A stretch of DNA of 64,000 nt. It comes from Camelus ferus. Lineage: Eukaryota. Shown piece after piece: positions 25,150 to 39,369 of the stretch. The notes under the pieces are model-generated. The model was not told the DNA's origin, did not search any database, and saw only the letters and a program-made list of their open reading frames with translations. Numbering within the stretch: position 1 is the first letter of the stretch; each line of letters starts with the position of its first letter. The stretch is from assembly GCF_009834535.1 (NCBI RefSeq), contig NC_045697.1, forward strand, positions 76,820,001 through 76,884,000, in the 5' to 3' direction. The position numbers and the translations under genes are program-made.

Positions 25150-27888
25150 TGGAATTCCTCCTATTCAGAATGCGTGTGAGTATAATGAGGGCTGAATATG
25201 GACTTGACTATCAACCACCCAGAGGGTGGGCAAAATGTTCCAAGAAGCTAGGGGAATCACAACACTGGAGTAATCCAAGAGCCATGGCTGAATCCCAGCC
25301 TTCAATAATGCTACTGTTAGTATTCATGCTACAGCATTTTTTTTTTTTTATTTTAGTGAAAACAAAAACCAAAAACCAAAAGTCTCTTTGAGGAAAACAG
25401 CATATACCGGATGATTAAGGTCAATATCAGCAGTCAGAAATCATGTAGATAGTAAGTACCTTAGCATCCTTAGGTTTCATAACACCCTGTGACTGGACAG
25501 AGCAAATAAAGGGTCTGCCCCTAAACATAAATGTAACCACACTACCTATCCCCTGACCCCTCCCTTCTAACACCAAAATGGCAACAAAACGCCTAACTTA
25601 TGCCCTGAAGTCTAACAGCATTCTCCGAAGTGATCCATGTACTACCCTTGCCTGAAAGATAGAAGAGGACTGGGACTCATGCACACACTAGGGGAGAGAC
25701 TCATCTACCATGTGCAAGGCCCCTGTTTCACATATGGTGACTTTCCGCTCTTTTTGACCACTCCAGGTTTAAGATCATTTAATACATTACGGACTGTGCT
25801 CGTTGCTAAACTTCTAGGAAAGTATGTTACTTTTATTCTACCTTCTTTATTTTAAAAAGCTCTGTTATTAAATACAGGCTTTGAAGTATATACATTAGGA
25901 TTTATATTCCTCAAAAATTTATTGTTTTCTGCATACTATGTCTTACCTGTATTTTTTCTTGAATAATTAGAATTCCCCAAATAGTTAAATATTGGGTCAA
26001 ATAGCTGCAGTGCACTGAGATACACATTGTTCTCTGATTATTATTTAAGCCTCATTTCATACACTATTCATATCCTTATATTTAAAAACACACACACAAC
26101 TTGACTGGCATCCAAAAAGTTAGTACAAGAGTTATTTAATACTCTGAAGTTTCTGGGGTAATGAGTAGACTCTAAGTTTCTTTTTTCTTAATTGAAAATA
26201 CATTTTTACAAGAAACTTATTAAAATTTGAAATAGGATTAAAAAATAATCGACATGCATGGAAAGGCATAGTTTATGCTGCTTATCTTAGTATTAGATAA
26301 ATGCTTTGTAAGTCTTAATCTTTTAATTTTGTCTGATACTTGAGAACAATAGTTAACACAGTTGAGGGTCTGTCTCAGTTGAGTTTAATTTCTGAAGAGT
26401 ACCTTATACAGTGCTCTACATAGGTGTTCACCAAAACACTATTCTACAGATACAAAGAGAAGATGATGTATAAACTAGAGAAGACGCCCTTAAAAGAAAA
26501 CTTTAGATTTTAATCATAAAAACACCTATTAAAAGGCATTTGGGGACAATGAGGTATATCATGCAATTTAGATAAAGTATCACAGGTATTTTATGTAATC
26601 CATAATTATCAAAGTTAGTGCTAATATCTGTGACTTTGTTTTCTAGATTTTGTAACTTCATTATTCTTTAAGTTTCAAAAATAAGCAACAGGTATGCACT
26701 GTTAAAGACATTTTTTTCCCCAATCTCCCTACGTAAAAGGTTAAGATGAAGGTCCCAAATGAGGGTTAAATGTAAACAAAAGTAAACTAAAAAATCTTTC
26801 ATCTTCTCAGCTTCATGAGTCTACATTTCTAATATCATTAGATGACAAAAAATAATTCTGAATGTGATAAAAATTGGAATAGTTACGGCTCCACAATGAG
26901 AGTCAGGCATTAAGGCACAATTTAAGGTTCCAATGCCAACTGTGGCCAAACAAAGTCAAAATCAGCCATTCTGAGATCTTAACCACATATAAGTGCACAA
27001 ACCAGTTCAAGTTTTAAAAGTCCACATGAAACCATAAATTCTTAAAACTTGCTAGTAGTCAGAGGACTGGGTTGTTTTCAATCCATAAATATAAGAAAAT
27101 TCCTAGCCTGCTAATAAATATTTCACCATGAAGATGATTCATAATGAAGAAATTATTAAACAAGATCAAAGTTTACTTTCCCAATTTTATTGATCCAAAA
27201 ATACAGCATTCAAACTGCATAAGTGAGAAAACTTTGCATTGTCAGATTTTATGGGGAGGATCAAGATGAAAGACATTTTACATTGGTAAATGATTTTGCC
27301 ATTTCATGAAAATGCTACTACTTTTAGTAAATTTTGTAATAGCTCATATTTATTGTCCATAATATTCGAGGGACTGTGCTAAGTTTCATATTCATTATCT
27401 ACAGAAATCACAAAATGTATGCCAGTTCAGTCTCCCCTACCCTCTAGAAACAGAAATAATGAATCCAAAGATAAGAAAGCATTGAGGTACATTTTAAGAG
27501 AACTACTCAATTTTTAAAGTACCTCATTTTAACTTTGCCATAATCCCACAAATGAGGACAGACCAAGTATCTTTTCCCCATGCTAAGGATGAGTAAATAC
27601 TTCTTGATAGATGAATTCCTCACTAGATCTTGAGGGCAGATCCAAGACTAGAATCCAGTTCTTTTTTAATCTAAATTGCATTAAGATGTGAAAATTAAAT
27701 CTACTATAAAAACAATAGTGACCATCAACAGGTTGTTTTGTTTTGTTTTGTTTTAGTTCTCAGGATATTCAAGGAATAGATTTGAGATGTTTGTTCTTTC
27801 AGTGAACCCACTGGGTACTACCATCATCACAAGCATCATACTGTACTAAAACGGCTGGTTTACTGTCTGCCTCCCCTGTAAATCTGTA

Positions 27889-27957
27889 AACTTCTGGGAA
27901 GCAGGGACCTTGTTCTATTCAACTTCTGGGAAGCAGGGACCTTGTTCCATTCAACTT
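27889..27957 (+). repeat. 32-bp tandem duplication within an L2 fragment
   Basis: AACTTCTGGGAAGCAGGGACCTTGTTCTATTC occurs twice with one mismatch, followed by AACTT. Confidence 0.95.
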
Positions 27958-29618
27958 GGCCTCATGAAACTCAACAATTCTTTACCAATAAAAAGTTTCA
28001 GAGAGGACTGAAAAGGGAGCTGTGCCTGGCACCTGAAGAAGATGGCTGGACAGGCACAGTGGGAGACTCGGCAGCAGTAGTTCAAGGAAATCTTAAACCA
28101 AAGAAGACCTGAATTAACTTCCCAGGAAAATCTGACAGACCAATCAAATTGGAGACATAAGCTAAAAAAGTTACAAATAAAGAGTCATTCAATCATCCCG
28201 GCAGGAAGACTAGATCATTACTAAGAGAGAAAGAAAAATCAGACTGACCTCACCCTTCTCCATGACAAAACTCAGTAATAAGAGATAATGGAGTCATGTC
28301 TACAAAAACCCAGGAAAGAAATGTTCTTTCAGTGAAACAACTTCAACCCATTTAGGACGGGTCAGTTTTATTTCTGATCTTCAGTTGCTTCCTTACTTCA
28401 CAGGATGTAAGGAAGGTACATGGCAGCACCTCTTTTTAATAAATACTAGCTTCTTTTCCTTTCTACGAAGTGAAGAATTCAAAAGCACTAGGAAGTAATT
28501 TCTCACATACAGTTGTACTGATTTTATTTACTCTGTTCTTTCATAAAAAAATGCAAAGATAAACTTCACCTCATTAAATGAATTATCATGAACAGTGAGG
28601 TCAGATCTACTAGAGGCATTTAGTGCAGTTACATCTACCATGTGACTTATTTGAATATATTTTAGAACAATAATTTCCCAAAGATTCAATTGAACTGACA
28701 AAAATATGAAGGACTAAGTTTGAGTTTACAAAATTTTCTGCACAAAATTTGAGTTTATAAAATTCATTACATATAAATGTAAAACACTTCTATTTCAGAA
28801 TAAAGTGAAGTTATTCTTTAAGCAAATTTCTTTTTCTCTAAATAGAGTTTAAGTTCAAATTAGTACAGACGAACTACAAAAAATATAAGGAGCTAATAAT
28901 TTTATATAATTCCTTTTCTAACAAGCCTTTGATATTTTTATCCACGAAAGCTTAATCTGAGTCTTTATCTTCTACTATTTCCTTGTTAACAAGTTTTCTT
29001 TATTTTTCTTCTACATTCTATCCTCACATAATAATTTTTTTCCCTTTGGTAAATGACTTTGCATCTTAATTAAACACAGAGGAAGGTATCTATCATCAGT
29101 CATTTCATTACATTTATCAAAAATTCAAGAAGCTGTTAGGAAACCCTGAAAGTGTTTTCAGAAAGAAATTTAAAAATATACAGTTCTAGAATTTATAGCA
29201 ACCAGAACTAAACAAACTGCTTGCAAGTGCTGAAATGAAGTTATGTCTAAATGTCTGATGAAAGATAATATAAGTAAGCACTATTTTTTAAAAAACAAAA
29301 TCTTTTTACTCCTTATGTTTCATATGCTTACTCTTAGTCAGAAGGCCAAGTAGAACTTGTCAGTTTTAAATTCCACTTGAAAGTTTACTTTCTGAATTAA
29401 CACCATCGAGAACGACAGTGAGTCGTATGACATGATGTAACAGCAAAGGAAACTCTTCTGGACTCAACCTTAGTGATGGACATCTTTAAAGGATTAATGC
29501 ACATCACCAAAGTTAAATGAAGGTTGCTAATATTTACAGCCTGGATTGAACAGAGTTTTGTTGTTGTTGTTGTTTCATGAAATGGCCTGAGGAAAGTCCT
29601 CTCTTCAGTGAATATATA

Positions 29619-29620
<2 letters not shown>

Positions 29621-29657
<37 letters not shown>

Positions 29658-29658
29658 T
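29621..29658 (+). repeat. (GT)n microsatellite
   Basis: Directly visible. Confidence 0.97.
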
Positions 29659-29799
29659 ACAGGCACAGAATCTAAATGTGTCAAGTTTCTTCCATTTTTC
29701 CCCCACTATAAAGTGCAAAATACAAATTTGGCAACATCCCCTGAAAGACAAAGAATTATATAAAAAGGAAGCTGGTAAAAGCATTTTTTTTTTAATGTT

Positions 29800-30265
29800 T
29801 CAGGATAAAGTCGAACCCTCAGCCTGGCTTCCAATAATCTGGCTCACAGTCTCAATTTCTACTTTGTTTGCTTTGATTCTCCTTTCTGTAACCTCTTAAA
29901 TACAGTTCGACTCATTTCCCTCTTCCTCTAAAAGGTGTTTTTGTTTTTGCTCTTCCTCTAAAAGGTGTTTTTGCTCCTGAATACTCTCTCTTCTTTTGGT
30001 CCCTCCAAATCCCATCACTCTTTAAGATGCAAATTAAACTCATTTCATCAAGGAGGTCTTCCTCAGTGCAAAGTACCTTTTCTGCCCTCAAACTCTACAG
30101 TAATTGTCTATACAATTATCACGCACTTCTTTCTGAGGTGTCCTATATTGTTGCTGATAAATTATTTTAATCCCAATTGTTTTTGCTTGTGTATGTGAGT
30201 CCATCCTGTACTTTAATACATATCCACAACACTTAACACAGAGTTTACAATATAGTGCTCAAGAG
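29800..30265 (+). mobile_element. Degraded L2 fragment containing a 30-bp tandem duplication (29920-29976)
   Basis: L2-like blocks ending in ACACTTAACACAGAG...GTGCTCAAG; CTCTTCCTCTAAAAGGTGTTTTTG is repeated. Confidence 0.55.
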
Positions 30266-30864
30266 CATATATCACTTCCTGAGAGCTCTTTCAGAAGCCA
30301 GCCAAAGCATTTCCAGGACAATTCTTGCCTTTCCTGCATAATGGCTCATATGTCTGACTAATAACTCTCTGGGTGAAAAAAAGCCCTGTGCAATACTGTC
30401 GTCCTTAACACTAGACTCACAGGGAATCCATTTTAACCTGAAATAGGCCAGGACATATCACCACTTATTTTGAAGAGTCTGGCTGCTCTGCATGAACACA
30501 CAAGTGCAGGAGTAAGTTTTCCAAGATTCATTGAGATGTGAGCCTGAGCTGTATAACTCAGATTAGAACCAAGCTGAAGGAGCTGCAGACTCTTAAAACA
30601 TTTATGACATGTTGGTCAGGAGCAATGGATGACAGCCCAAAGAAACAGTAATGTGATACTGAGCTTTTCACCTTGAGGTGACTGGTTAAAACTCAGCTTG
30701 GGATCACGAAAAATTTATAGCACTCTAATGCAATAAAGAAAGCTATTTGTGACCCAGGGAAAGTGACCATAAGACAAGGGCTACTACCACTGTTCCACAG
30801 TGAGATCTGAGACAAAGGCACACAGCCTGAAAAGAAGTTAAAACATACATATGCACATATGCTT

Positions 30865-30880
30865 ACACACACATATCACA

Positions 30881-30917
<37 letters not shown>
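30865..30917 (+). repeat. (CA)n microsatellite
   Basis: Directly visible. Confidence 0.97.
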
Positions 30918-30921
<4 letters not shown>

Positions 30922-31194
30922 GTGGAATAAATATTGCTTTCAGCAAAGAATAGACTTCCTTTGGGAAAATGAAGATTTATTCCCTTACCCTCTTACTCTT
31001 TTAGAAGCTACCTTGAATTTTAAAGTATTAAATGATGGGTAAAATGGAACTGCTAAAACTTGTTCCCCTTACTGTCAATTAAAAACTTAGATAAGAATTT
31101 GATAACTGCATAGGTAAATAATGATATTTATGAGAGTATTCTAATTCTTCCTATATTCATAGCATTTTTATTAATTTCCAAGATTTCTTGGAGG

Positions 31195-31410
31195 TAACTA
31201 CGTTGTATGAAAAAGAGTATACAACTTGGTATGAGGAGATTTAGTTCGAGTCTCCACCCAACTAAGGTTAGATGACCTTGAGCATCTCATTCAATCTGTA
31301 TGAGCCCCAGACTGCTTATTTATAGAAGGAGATGACAATAAACTATGATCACAGGAGGTCAGAAAGTTGAAGGTTAAATGAAATATTGTTAGAAAAAAAA
31401 ATTGTTAACT
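31195..31410 (+). mobile_element. MIR SINE
   Basis: GATGACCTTGAGCATCTCATTCAATCTGTATGAGCCCCAG...GGTTAAATGAAAT. Confidence 0.6.
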
Positions 31411-32109
31411 CTGACAACTACTTCACAAATTAATCCGAAATCAGTCACTTTTTTATCCTTACTGGGGAAAGTTACACTGAACGCTGGTCAAATTTCCTAC
31501 TCTGGGCCTGAATAAAAGAAGAAACATTAGACTTGAGTGATTTTCCAAGCATTTGAATGCAGAGCTTGAATGATAAATTAAAAGGGAACTATCAAGCATG
31601 ACTTTAATAATGCTTTGAAAAAGATAAACTGAAGTTAAAAATTATATCCCCGTACCCCCCACCAAGACAAGATAGAGTTTCCAACCCTTTTGTGGATTAC
31701 AACTAAAAAGTCCTCTGACATATCGACTAAGTTAATCCTTCCTCTTAAAAGATACACACAGTCAAACATATACATACACAAACACACAGCTGTCTTCTAA
31801 GGACCATGTTTGAAGAAAAATTTCCAGAACTAATGACAATTCTGTAAAATTATGTCTGAGACAAAGCATATCAGGACCAAAACTTTTAATAGCATATTTT
31901 TGCATCAATTACTCATGTAATCTAGATGATAATATTTTGATTACTTCAAAGTTATTATCAAAAGACTTTAGCTTTTTCTAAATCCAGAGGAACTCTTAAC
32001 TGATTTCTTTCAATGTATCTCACTGCAAAAATGTTTTTAACTTAAGAAACTTTAGTTGGAAGACATCCATAACAAATCAAAGGAGGCATAATTTTAAAGG
32101 CCCTATTTT

Positions 32110-32243
32110 TTTTTAATATTATGTGTCTAGTCAAATTCAGCACACTTGCCTGGAAGTGCCTCAATAAATATTGAATAAATGAAACAATAAATGAATGAAA
32201 CAATGAATGAATGAATGAATGAATGAATGAACGAATGAATAAT
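32110..32243 (+). mobile_element. L2 3' terminus with expanded (GAAT)n tail
   Basis: CAGCACACTTGCCTGG...CTCAATAAATATTGAATAAATG...(GAAT)n. Confidence 0.8.
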
Positions 32244-35200
32244 GACTAAAGTTTTGTCTTCCAGAGTTTTGAAAACCTTTCTACTTATATATAATACCCT
32301 TCCAGTGGGGGACAGTGAGCTCTTACTTTCTCAATTGACAGTTCCATAAAAATAAAAAGGAAATCCATCCAAACCACAGGCACATGTTGGATAAGAGATA
32401 ATATCTAAGGCTGACTAGTCAAACAAGTCCTCATTCAGATTTTGCCAGAAGAACTGAGGTTTCACAAAGCAAACTCTTGAATTTAATTTTCCTCATTTCC
32501 ATTACATTTGCTTGGCACAGACACTGAACTCCATCAAAAGAGAACCATTAAATACATCACCATAATCCTCTTGAACATTCAAGTTCACTTTGTGCCATGA
32601 TTTTTTTTATCCTTTCCTTCCTTTAAAAAAAAAACTTTTAAAAATGATTCCTTAAAAATAATGTGTCTTTATATTTACTAAGTTAGTAATCTTCAATTCT
32701 TTTCCTTGTCACTGCAACTTTCTTTCAGACTTAGCGTGATTCATATGCATACCTAGTACTTGACATAAGGTTCTTGTGTTTGGTAGTTGACTGTCAACTT
32801 AATCAAATCATTTACATCACACCGCATTAAGATACTACATTTTGGCAATACACTTCATGCCACATGTCTGAAAACTTTAGGATTTTAGACATTCATCAGT
32901 GGAAATGTGGATTGTTGATGATTAGTTTGCAAATCCTCCTCTGAAAGTCAAAATAAGCCTTCCTTTAAGTCATCTGATGAGTTTCAAAGACTACATTTGA
33001 AAACAGGTTTTTCAAAAACTACAGAAGTTAAAGCAGAGACTTATAACAATTACACAAGAACAAATCAGCTTAAAAACATGCTAATCATGCACTTGAATCA
33101 TTGGCCCATATTTCTTATCTAATTTTTTCAGGTTTTCAAAGGAATATCATTCACTTCATTCCCATATAGTCAACCAGCACCATTCATTGTTGATGTGGCA
33201 AAACATTATTCCAAATAAAATTGTTTTTAGCTTGAATATTTTTTGTAGTACACTGGAAATTTCAAGCACATGAAACAAAAAGAATTACTCAACTATGCAA
33301 AGTGATTTATTAAAATTTCTGATATTCCTCAAATCCTAATTCTTTAAATGATAATTAATAGACATACTATCATTAAACTGATTCTAACTCAGTGAATCAT
33401 TAAGTCAGAATCAGTAAATCATTATACTGATGCTAATCACTCAGCTAAGTGACTCTAGTGCACTCGGAATCCATTCCATTTTATGGTCAGAACACCAAAT
33501 ACACACTTTCTAAAGGCTCAACTTCCATTAGACAAAATAAGTAAATAATGTATTTCTCTTCTAAAAATATGCTAGTGGGTTTTTTTTTTAACCTAGGAAG
33601 AGTAAAAATTTGGTGCTTAGATATGCTTTGAGGAACAAAGAAAACTCACCTCATTATTCTTCATTGGAAGAGGGCATAACAATGTAAAACCAAAATGCCA
33701 AGAAATGGATTGAGATTGTGGATTCTCTTTGACTTATCTTCCCAAGTGCACAATACAGGACTGCAGCACACGGATGGCCAATATGTCCAGGCCCAAAGGC
33801 TTCATACTATGAGGTCCTACAGAGACAATGCATGAGCTGCTTATGCTCTCTTTGGAAAGCTTGGAGGATCCTAAACCAAGTCTTCCCAGACTGTGAAAAT
33901 CAGCTGCCCTTCTGAAAAGCCTTTAAAGTCTTCTTCTGGATAAGAAAACAGTAAAATGAACCACGATGGGGTGGGAGACCAGGGTATTTGTAAAACAAGG
34001 CCTAGCTGGACTTAACAAGCTGAACTTCATATTTATCAAAGGCTCTTATCTAGGACATGGGAGAGGAGATCAAGTTATCACATTATACTTGGCAACCCCT
34101 GCTGGGCATGTCCACATGCACAGAATGAATCAAGTAGAGATAGCAATAGAAATGATTTACCAAAAGTACTCATTTGGTCCTTGCATACCTAAAGATTTAT
34201 ATTTGTCTAGAGGTTGAAGACGAATTCATCAACTGAGTGGAGGCTTAGGAAATTTAAACAGAGTAAACGTGTTTGGAATTGGAATGAAGGGTTAGGAAGC
34301 TCTAGAAAACAACTGATAGACGACATGACAGCAAATGAACGTTGTCATTATCACTTGACATTTCATGCGTGTTTTCCTCATACACAGCAAAACAGCGTAC
34401 TGACTGTAAACAAATTTGCCCTATTATCATTTTCTCAGCAGAGAATAGAACTTGTCCATCTAGTTCTCTACTAAGAGACTTCCTTTGTCATACTATTATT
34501 GTTATTATTATTAAAAGTTCTATACATTTAAAATTCTATTTGCCAACTGGTTAAACTAATAGAAGCCTTTTACAAGTTCAGATTCTTCTATTTTTAATTT
34601 TACAGAAGCACACCAACCAGAAAACAGGCCTGTGACAGAATGGCACTCAGCTGCACAGCCCTAGCAAACAGCTCTTTTTCCTGCCTAATTATGGGAGCAG
34701 TTGCCAAAGGTAAACCATGTTCACTGGAAGTATATCATTGCTTAAAGAAGCAATAAGTTTCACTTTTAAATATGTAAATAACAATCTCTTGAAATACTGG
34801 AGCAAGAACTTTCACTGGGGACTGACGACATATTGTGAAAGTCTCTGCTTCAGTATCGCTATCTGAATGCACGTTCGTGGAGGCCTTTTTGTTGCTCTAG
34901 ACAGTACTTTTGTGACTTTTCATCAATATTATATATTTCCTGAAAGCCTTCTTGATTTATGGTGTGCTACTTTTCTTTAAGTAGACACAGAAGTGCTAAA
35001 TAACTTATGCTGATACCTAGTTTCTAAGATCAAGCTGTCTTGCAGATAAGCAGCTGTGAGCCGCAGGAAGGCCCTGGGTAATCTGATGCAAAACCTGATG
35101 GTTAAGCAGAGGTGCTCTAAAATACAGGAAGACTGGAGACCAAGAATCCATACCTCTGGACAAGTGAGTGTTTCTGTTTGTGATACTAGCACTTGCTTTA

Positions 35201-35649
35201 AGTGAGAAGCCCCATAATCCAGGCAGCTGTAACATTTTGGATAAGATGATAAAGCAACCTGTCCTATTTAGTTAAGTAAATATTTTCCTATTTGGCAAAT
35301 GCAAAATGTTTTAAGTATAATTCAAACATCTTTGATATTGCGAATCATTTTCACTCTCTAAATAATAACTAAATCTTCCTATTCTCAGAGAAAAACAAAA
35401 CAAAACTTATCTTAAATCTTTAAGGTCATCATCACTCTTTTTTACTTACAATCGTTTTCTTTACTAATTTATACAAGTGTACTGTCTAGGTCAGATAATT
35501 CAAACTGATAGCAAGAAATTTAATTCATCAAGAAGCTTAAAAAACAAAAGGACCTCTACATCCCAACCTACTTCAAGCACAGGACATTTATATAATCAAT
35601 GTTATTCACAAAACTTGAGAGATTAGAATACCAAATGAAATAATGTAGA

Positions 35650-35895
35650 GGCTGTATTAGCTAGTGATTAAAAGCATGGATTTTGATATCAGACTGCCTT
35701 GATTCATTTCTTGCTTGAGTACTTATCAGTTCTGTGATACTGGAAAGGTTACTCAACCAGTGAAAACTCAGTCTCCTTATCTGTAAAATGGGTGTGATAA
35801 CATAAACTACTTCTAAGGAGGTAGTCCGTGTAAGGCACTCTGGGTATTCAGGGCTCACAGTGAATGCATGATGAATGTTAGCTCTATTATTATTT
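35650..35895 (+). mobile_element. MIR SINE
   Basis: TAGTGATTAAAAGCATGG...CAGACTGCC...CTCAGTCTCCTTATCTGTAAAATGGG...TGAATGTTAGCT. Confidence 0.88.
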
Positions 35896-38079
35896 TACAC
35901 TATTTTCTAATAATCTAAATATCTTTAATAAGATGCTTTCCTTTAAGAGGTTTTGCGTACAGTAAAAAAAAATATAGTCAAGTCAAAACTTCCAACCTGA
36001 ATCTTTTGTAGAATTTTATAGAAAGATAGTCAGAAGAATAATTGCTTTGCTTGGGAAAGGTAGATTTAACAATAAATAAGGAACTAGAAATCTATGTTAA
36101 CATTTAACATTAGTTAAAATTGTCTTGGAAAAGCCAGCATTAAGCAGATTTCCAACTAAAGTACTTGAATTTCTAGACAAGAGGCAAAAATATTTAATGT
36201 TATATGCAGCTATTTTTTAATATAAAAGAGAAATATGGCAAAAATACAGTATTCTATTTTTACCAAAATTTCTGTTTAACTTTCATGAAAGTGAGAAAAA
36301 TTCAAGAAATTATGAGAGCGTAATAGAAGCATGCACGATAAAGGAATATGTGGGAGGGGGCTGAAATGCAGCTTATACAATCACATCTACGATGGCAAAT
36401 ACTATTTACAACAAAATTTATGTTTAATGAGATTTAAATTATATGCAGCCACCTAAAAGTTGACTAAGGAAAATGGAAAATATTGGAAAATGAAGGTGGC
36501 TGCTTATTTTCCCTCTAGCATTTCTAAACCTAAAGAAATAAAAATGTTTATAAAAATCTCTTTAATACCTTTAACACTTTTAACACCTTTAACACCAAGT
36601 TTATCTTCTCCAGAGAAAAATATTAGCCTTTCATAATTCTACTAGTCATGAATTCCATATAAATAACCCTGGGAAGATTTGTTTCACAGGGTGCAGAGTT
36701 TCAGATGTAATACTGGAGAAGGATGTTGCATGCTATACACTGTATAGCTACCTCTGGTCTCAAAATTCTAGAGTCAGCACTGTAAGGAAATTAAAGTGAC
36801 TACTTCCGAGGGGCTTTAAATGAAGCCCTAAGTGGACCGTAAGAAGAATGGGAGACAACTTATAATTTCCTTTTTAAAGTGTGATGAGAGTATATTGTTT
36901 ATGTCACAAAATTGCCCTGGATGATTTGAGGATACTTCAAAATAGAATTCCAAAGGAGTCAGGAAAAGCCACAAATATTTAACATATTTTGTCAAACACT
37001 ATGTGACTTAGCCATAATAATGATTGAAAAGGGAGAGGTTTAGGAGGAATGCACAGGTAAAGTCAAACCCCTGATGACTACAGGTGAGAGAAGGGCTAGG
37101 TGAGTGAATAAAAGTGCAGTAAGCAGCAAAGTTTGCTAAAAATGGTAAATAGTTTTGATGCCCCAAACCTAAGCTTATCTGACCTCTTGGAAGATAAAGT
37201 TGTAAAGAAATTGTTTGTAAAAGAACAGTGTGCTTCAGGGGTGGAGGGGATATTCCTTAAAATAGAGATTGAAGATACACAACAATGTAAAAAGTGCATG
37301 AAAGGAAAACAATCTTTCTCAGTATAACCACTTTGTTTGCAGAAGCTAATACAACCTTCCTGCTTTCCCATAATACTCATCAATTCCCTTTCTCCAGAAA
37401 CAAGCCTAGGTGTTTCTTGAATTCATCTATGCGCTCCTCCAACTGCCTTTCCCAGTAATTCACTCCATATGCTGATCATCTTGTTCATGACATACTCTGC
37501 CCAGCATGGAAGGCAGACAAAGGCTGCTCTTCAGGCTGACATCTGGCTGTCTCTTTCACAGAGCTGAGACCCTTTCAATGCTTCTCTTAGGTTTCCCCTT
37601 CACACACCCTGAACTGATTGAGCTATTGCTGAAAAGTTCTTCTTTATCCCTTGTGAAAACCCACAAGCAAAAGTTCAGTAAACTTCATTCTATAAATAAA
37701 TAACCCATTACACATTATCCAGGCTATCATTTTTATAAAAAGCTTAAAGAATAACATGAAATACTCTGCATTTCTATTTTTGTGATAGTTTGTTCCTTTT
37801 GGGAATTAATTTCTTTAGGAGAGCATTTTCCATTACACAGAGCTGCAGCATGATTATCATGTTTGCCCTCTAGAAATCAATGTCACATTTAATTATTCTA
37901 ATTCCATTTATTTCAAACAAGCTCAAACATGTATAAAACTTTTAACTTTAAATGCATGCATGCATATGTGTATTTATGCATAAAATGGGATATGTAAAAC
38001 TATAAATGTATAAATAATTATTTACACAGGTGGATAAACCTGTATTTAATTACCTTATGGGGTTTTTTTTCCCTTAAAC

Positions 38080-38750
38080 TTTGTGTAATTTAAAAATATA
38101 TTGTCTAATTTTCAGAAATCTTTCTTTTATTAATTTCTGATTTCATTCCACGATGGTCAAAGAATATACTCTGTATGGTTTCAATCCTCTTATACTTATT
38201 GAACCTTGTTTAATGGCTCAGAGTATATTCTACCTGGTGAGTGTTCTGCTGATGGGTAGAATGTTCTATAAATATCAATAAAATCAAGTTGGTTGACAGT
38301 GTTTTTCAGGTCTTCTTCCTCCTTAATGATTTCCTGCCTACCTGTTCTATCAATTTCTGAGAAAGGAGTGTTGAAATCTTTAAAATTGTAGAATTTTTCT
38401 ATTTTTCTCTTGGTAGTTCTATCAATTTTTGCCTCATATACTTAGAAGTTATGTTACTAGTTGTATATACTTTCAGAATTTTATGTTCTTTTGATGAATT
38501 GATCCTTTTATCATTGTGAAATATCTCTCTGTATTGCTAATCTTCCTTGTTTGAAAGCTTATTTTGTGTGATATTAAAATAGCCACTCCAGCTTTCTTTA
38601 TACTTCTAATAAATTTCTGAACATACACATGGTTGAGTCTTGCTATTTATCAAATATGATAATATCTGCCTTTTAACTGGGGGTGTTTAGACTCTTTATA
38701 TTTAATGTTATTATCATTATGTTTGGGTTTAAATCTACCATTTTGCTAGG
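38080..38750 (-). mobile_element. Old L1 fragment (ORF2 endonuclease region)
   Basis: GTAGAATGTTCTATAAATATCAAT...GAAAGGAGTGTTGAAATCT...ATAGCCACTCCAGCTTTCTTT is a decayed antisense homologue of the L1 endonuclease (EN) coding sequence at 59500-60270. Confidence 0.85.
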
Positions 38751-39369
38751 CATTTGAGTAAAAACTTACAAGTCATGTAAATATTGAACTCTCACACTAG
38801 TTTGGTAACAGCACTACCATTCAAGAAACAAAAGATCCCTTAACACAAAGGACTTTAATTAAGAGCCATAGAAATAAACTGACAATCTGAAACTCCCATT
38901 CTAGTCCCCAGAGAGTAGAGATCTAATTCCATTAACTTCAATTAAGTTCATACATCACTATGCAAAACAAGTAAGAGACCATGATCAAAATATTTGTTAT
39001 CATAGAAAGTTCATTTTCTTATCACCCAATTATACTTTTTGAATGATGACTTCACAATCAAATTTGCATGACAAAATGTTAACTCTAGCCAAATTCAGCA
39101 GGACTTTGTAATCTACCTTTCTTTTGGCATGATCATCAAATGCTTTTATTTTCTCCCTCACTTTATATTATGCACTCAAAGTCTGTGCTAGTCAATTGTT
39201 TCATCATTAAAACAAAAATTAATTTCTCACCTCCCTTTTAAGATCACACCTAAAGTCATACAATCAGGCCTGTAAAGTACCAATATTTTTATTTGCATAC
39301 ATAATCACATATCCACTTTCTCTTAAAATAGCAAACAAATTTCATAGTAACTGCTCTTCCAAAAACACA

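Noticed and set aside
27889..27957. 32-bp repeat as a CRISPR-like array
   Set aside because: Mammalian DNA; only two adjacent copies with no spacers, derived from L2 sequence.
29397..29540. CpG-containing segment with a minus-strand frame AVNISNL...RSRWC*
   Set aside because: No recognisable homology; the upstream part of the ORF is a (CA)n microsatellite.
34820..34870. Possible C/D-box snoRNA (TGACGA...CTGA)
   Set aside because: Too short, imperfect C box and no terminal stem.
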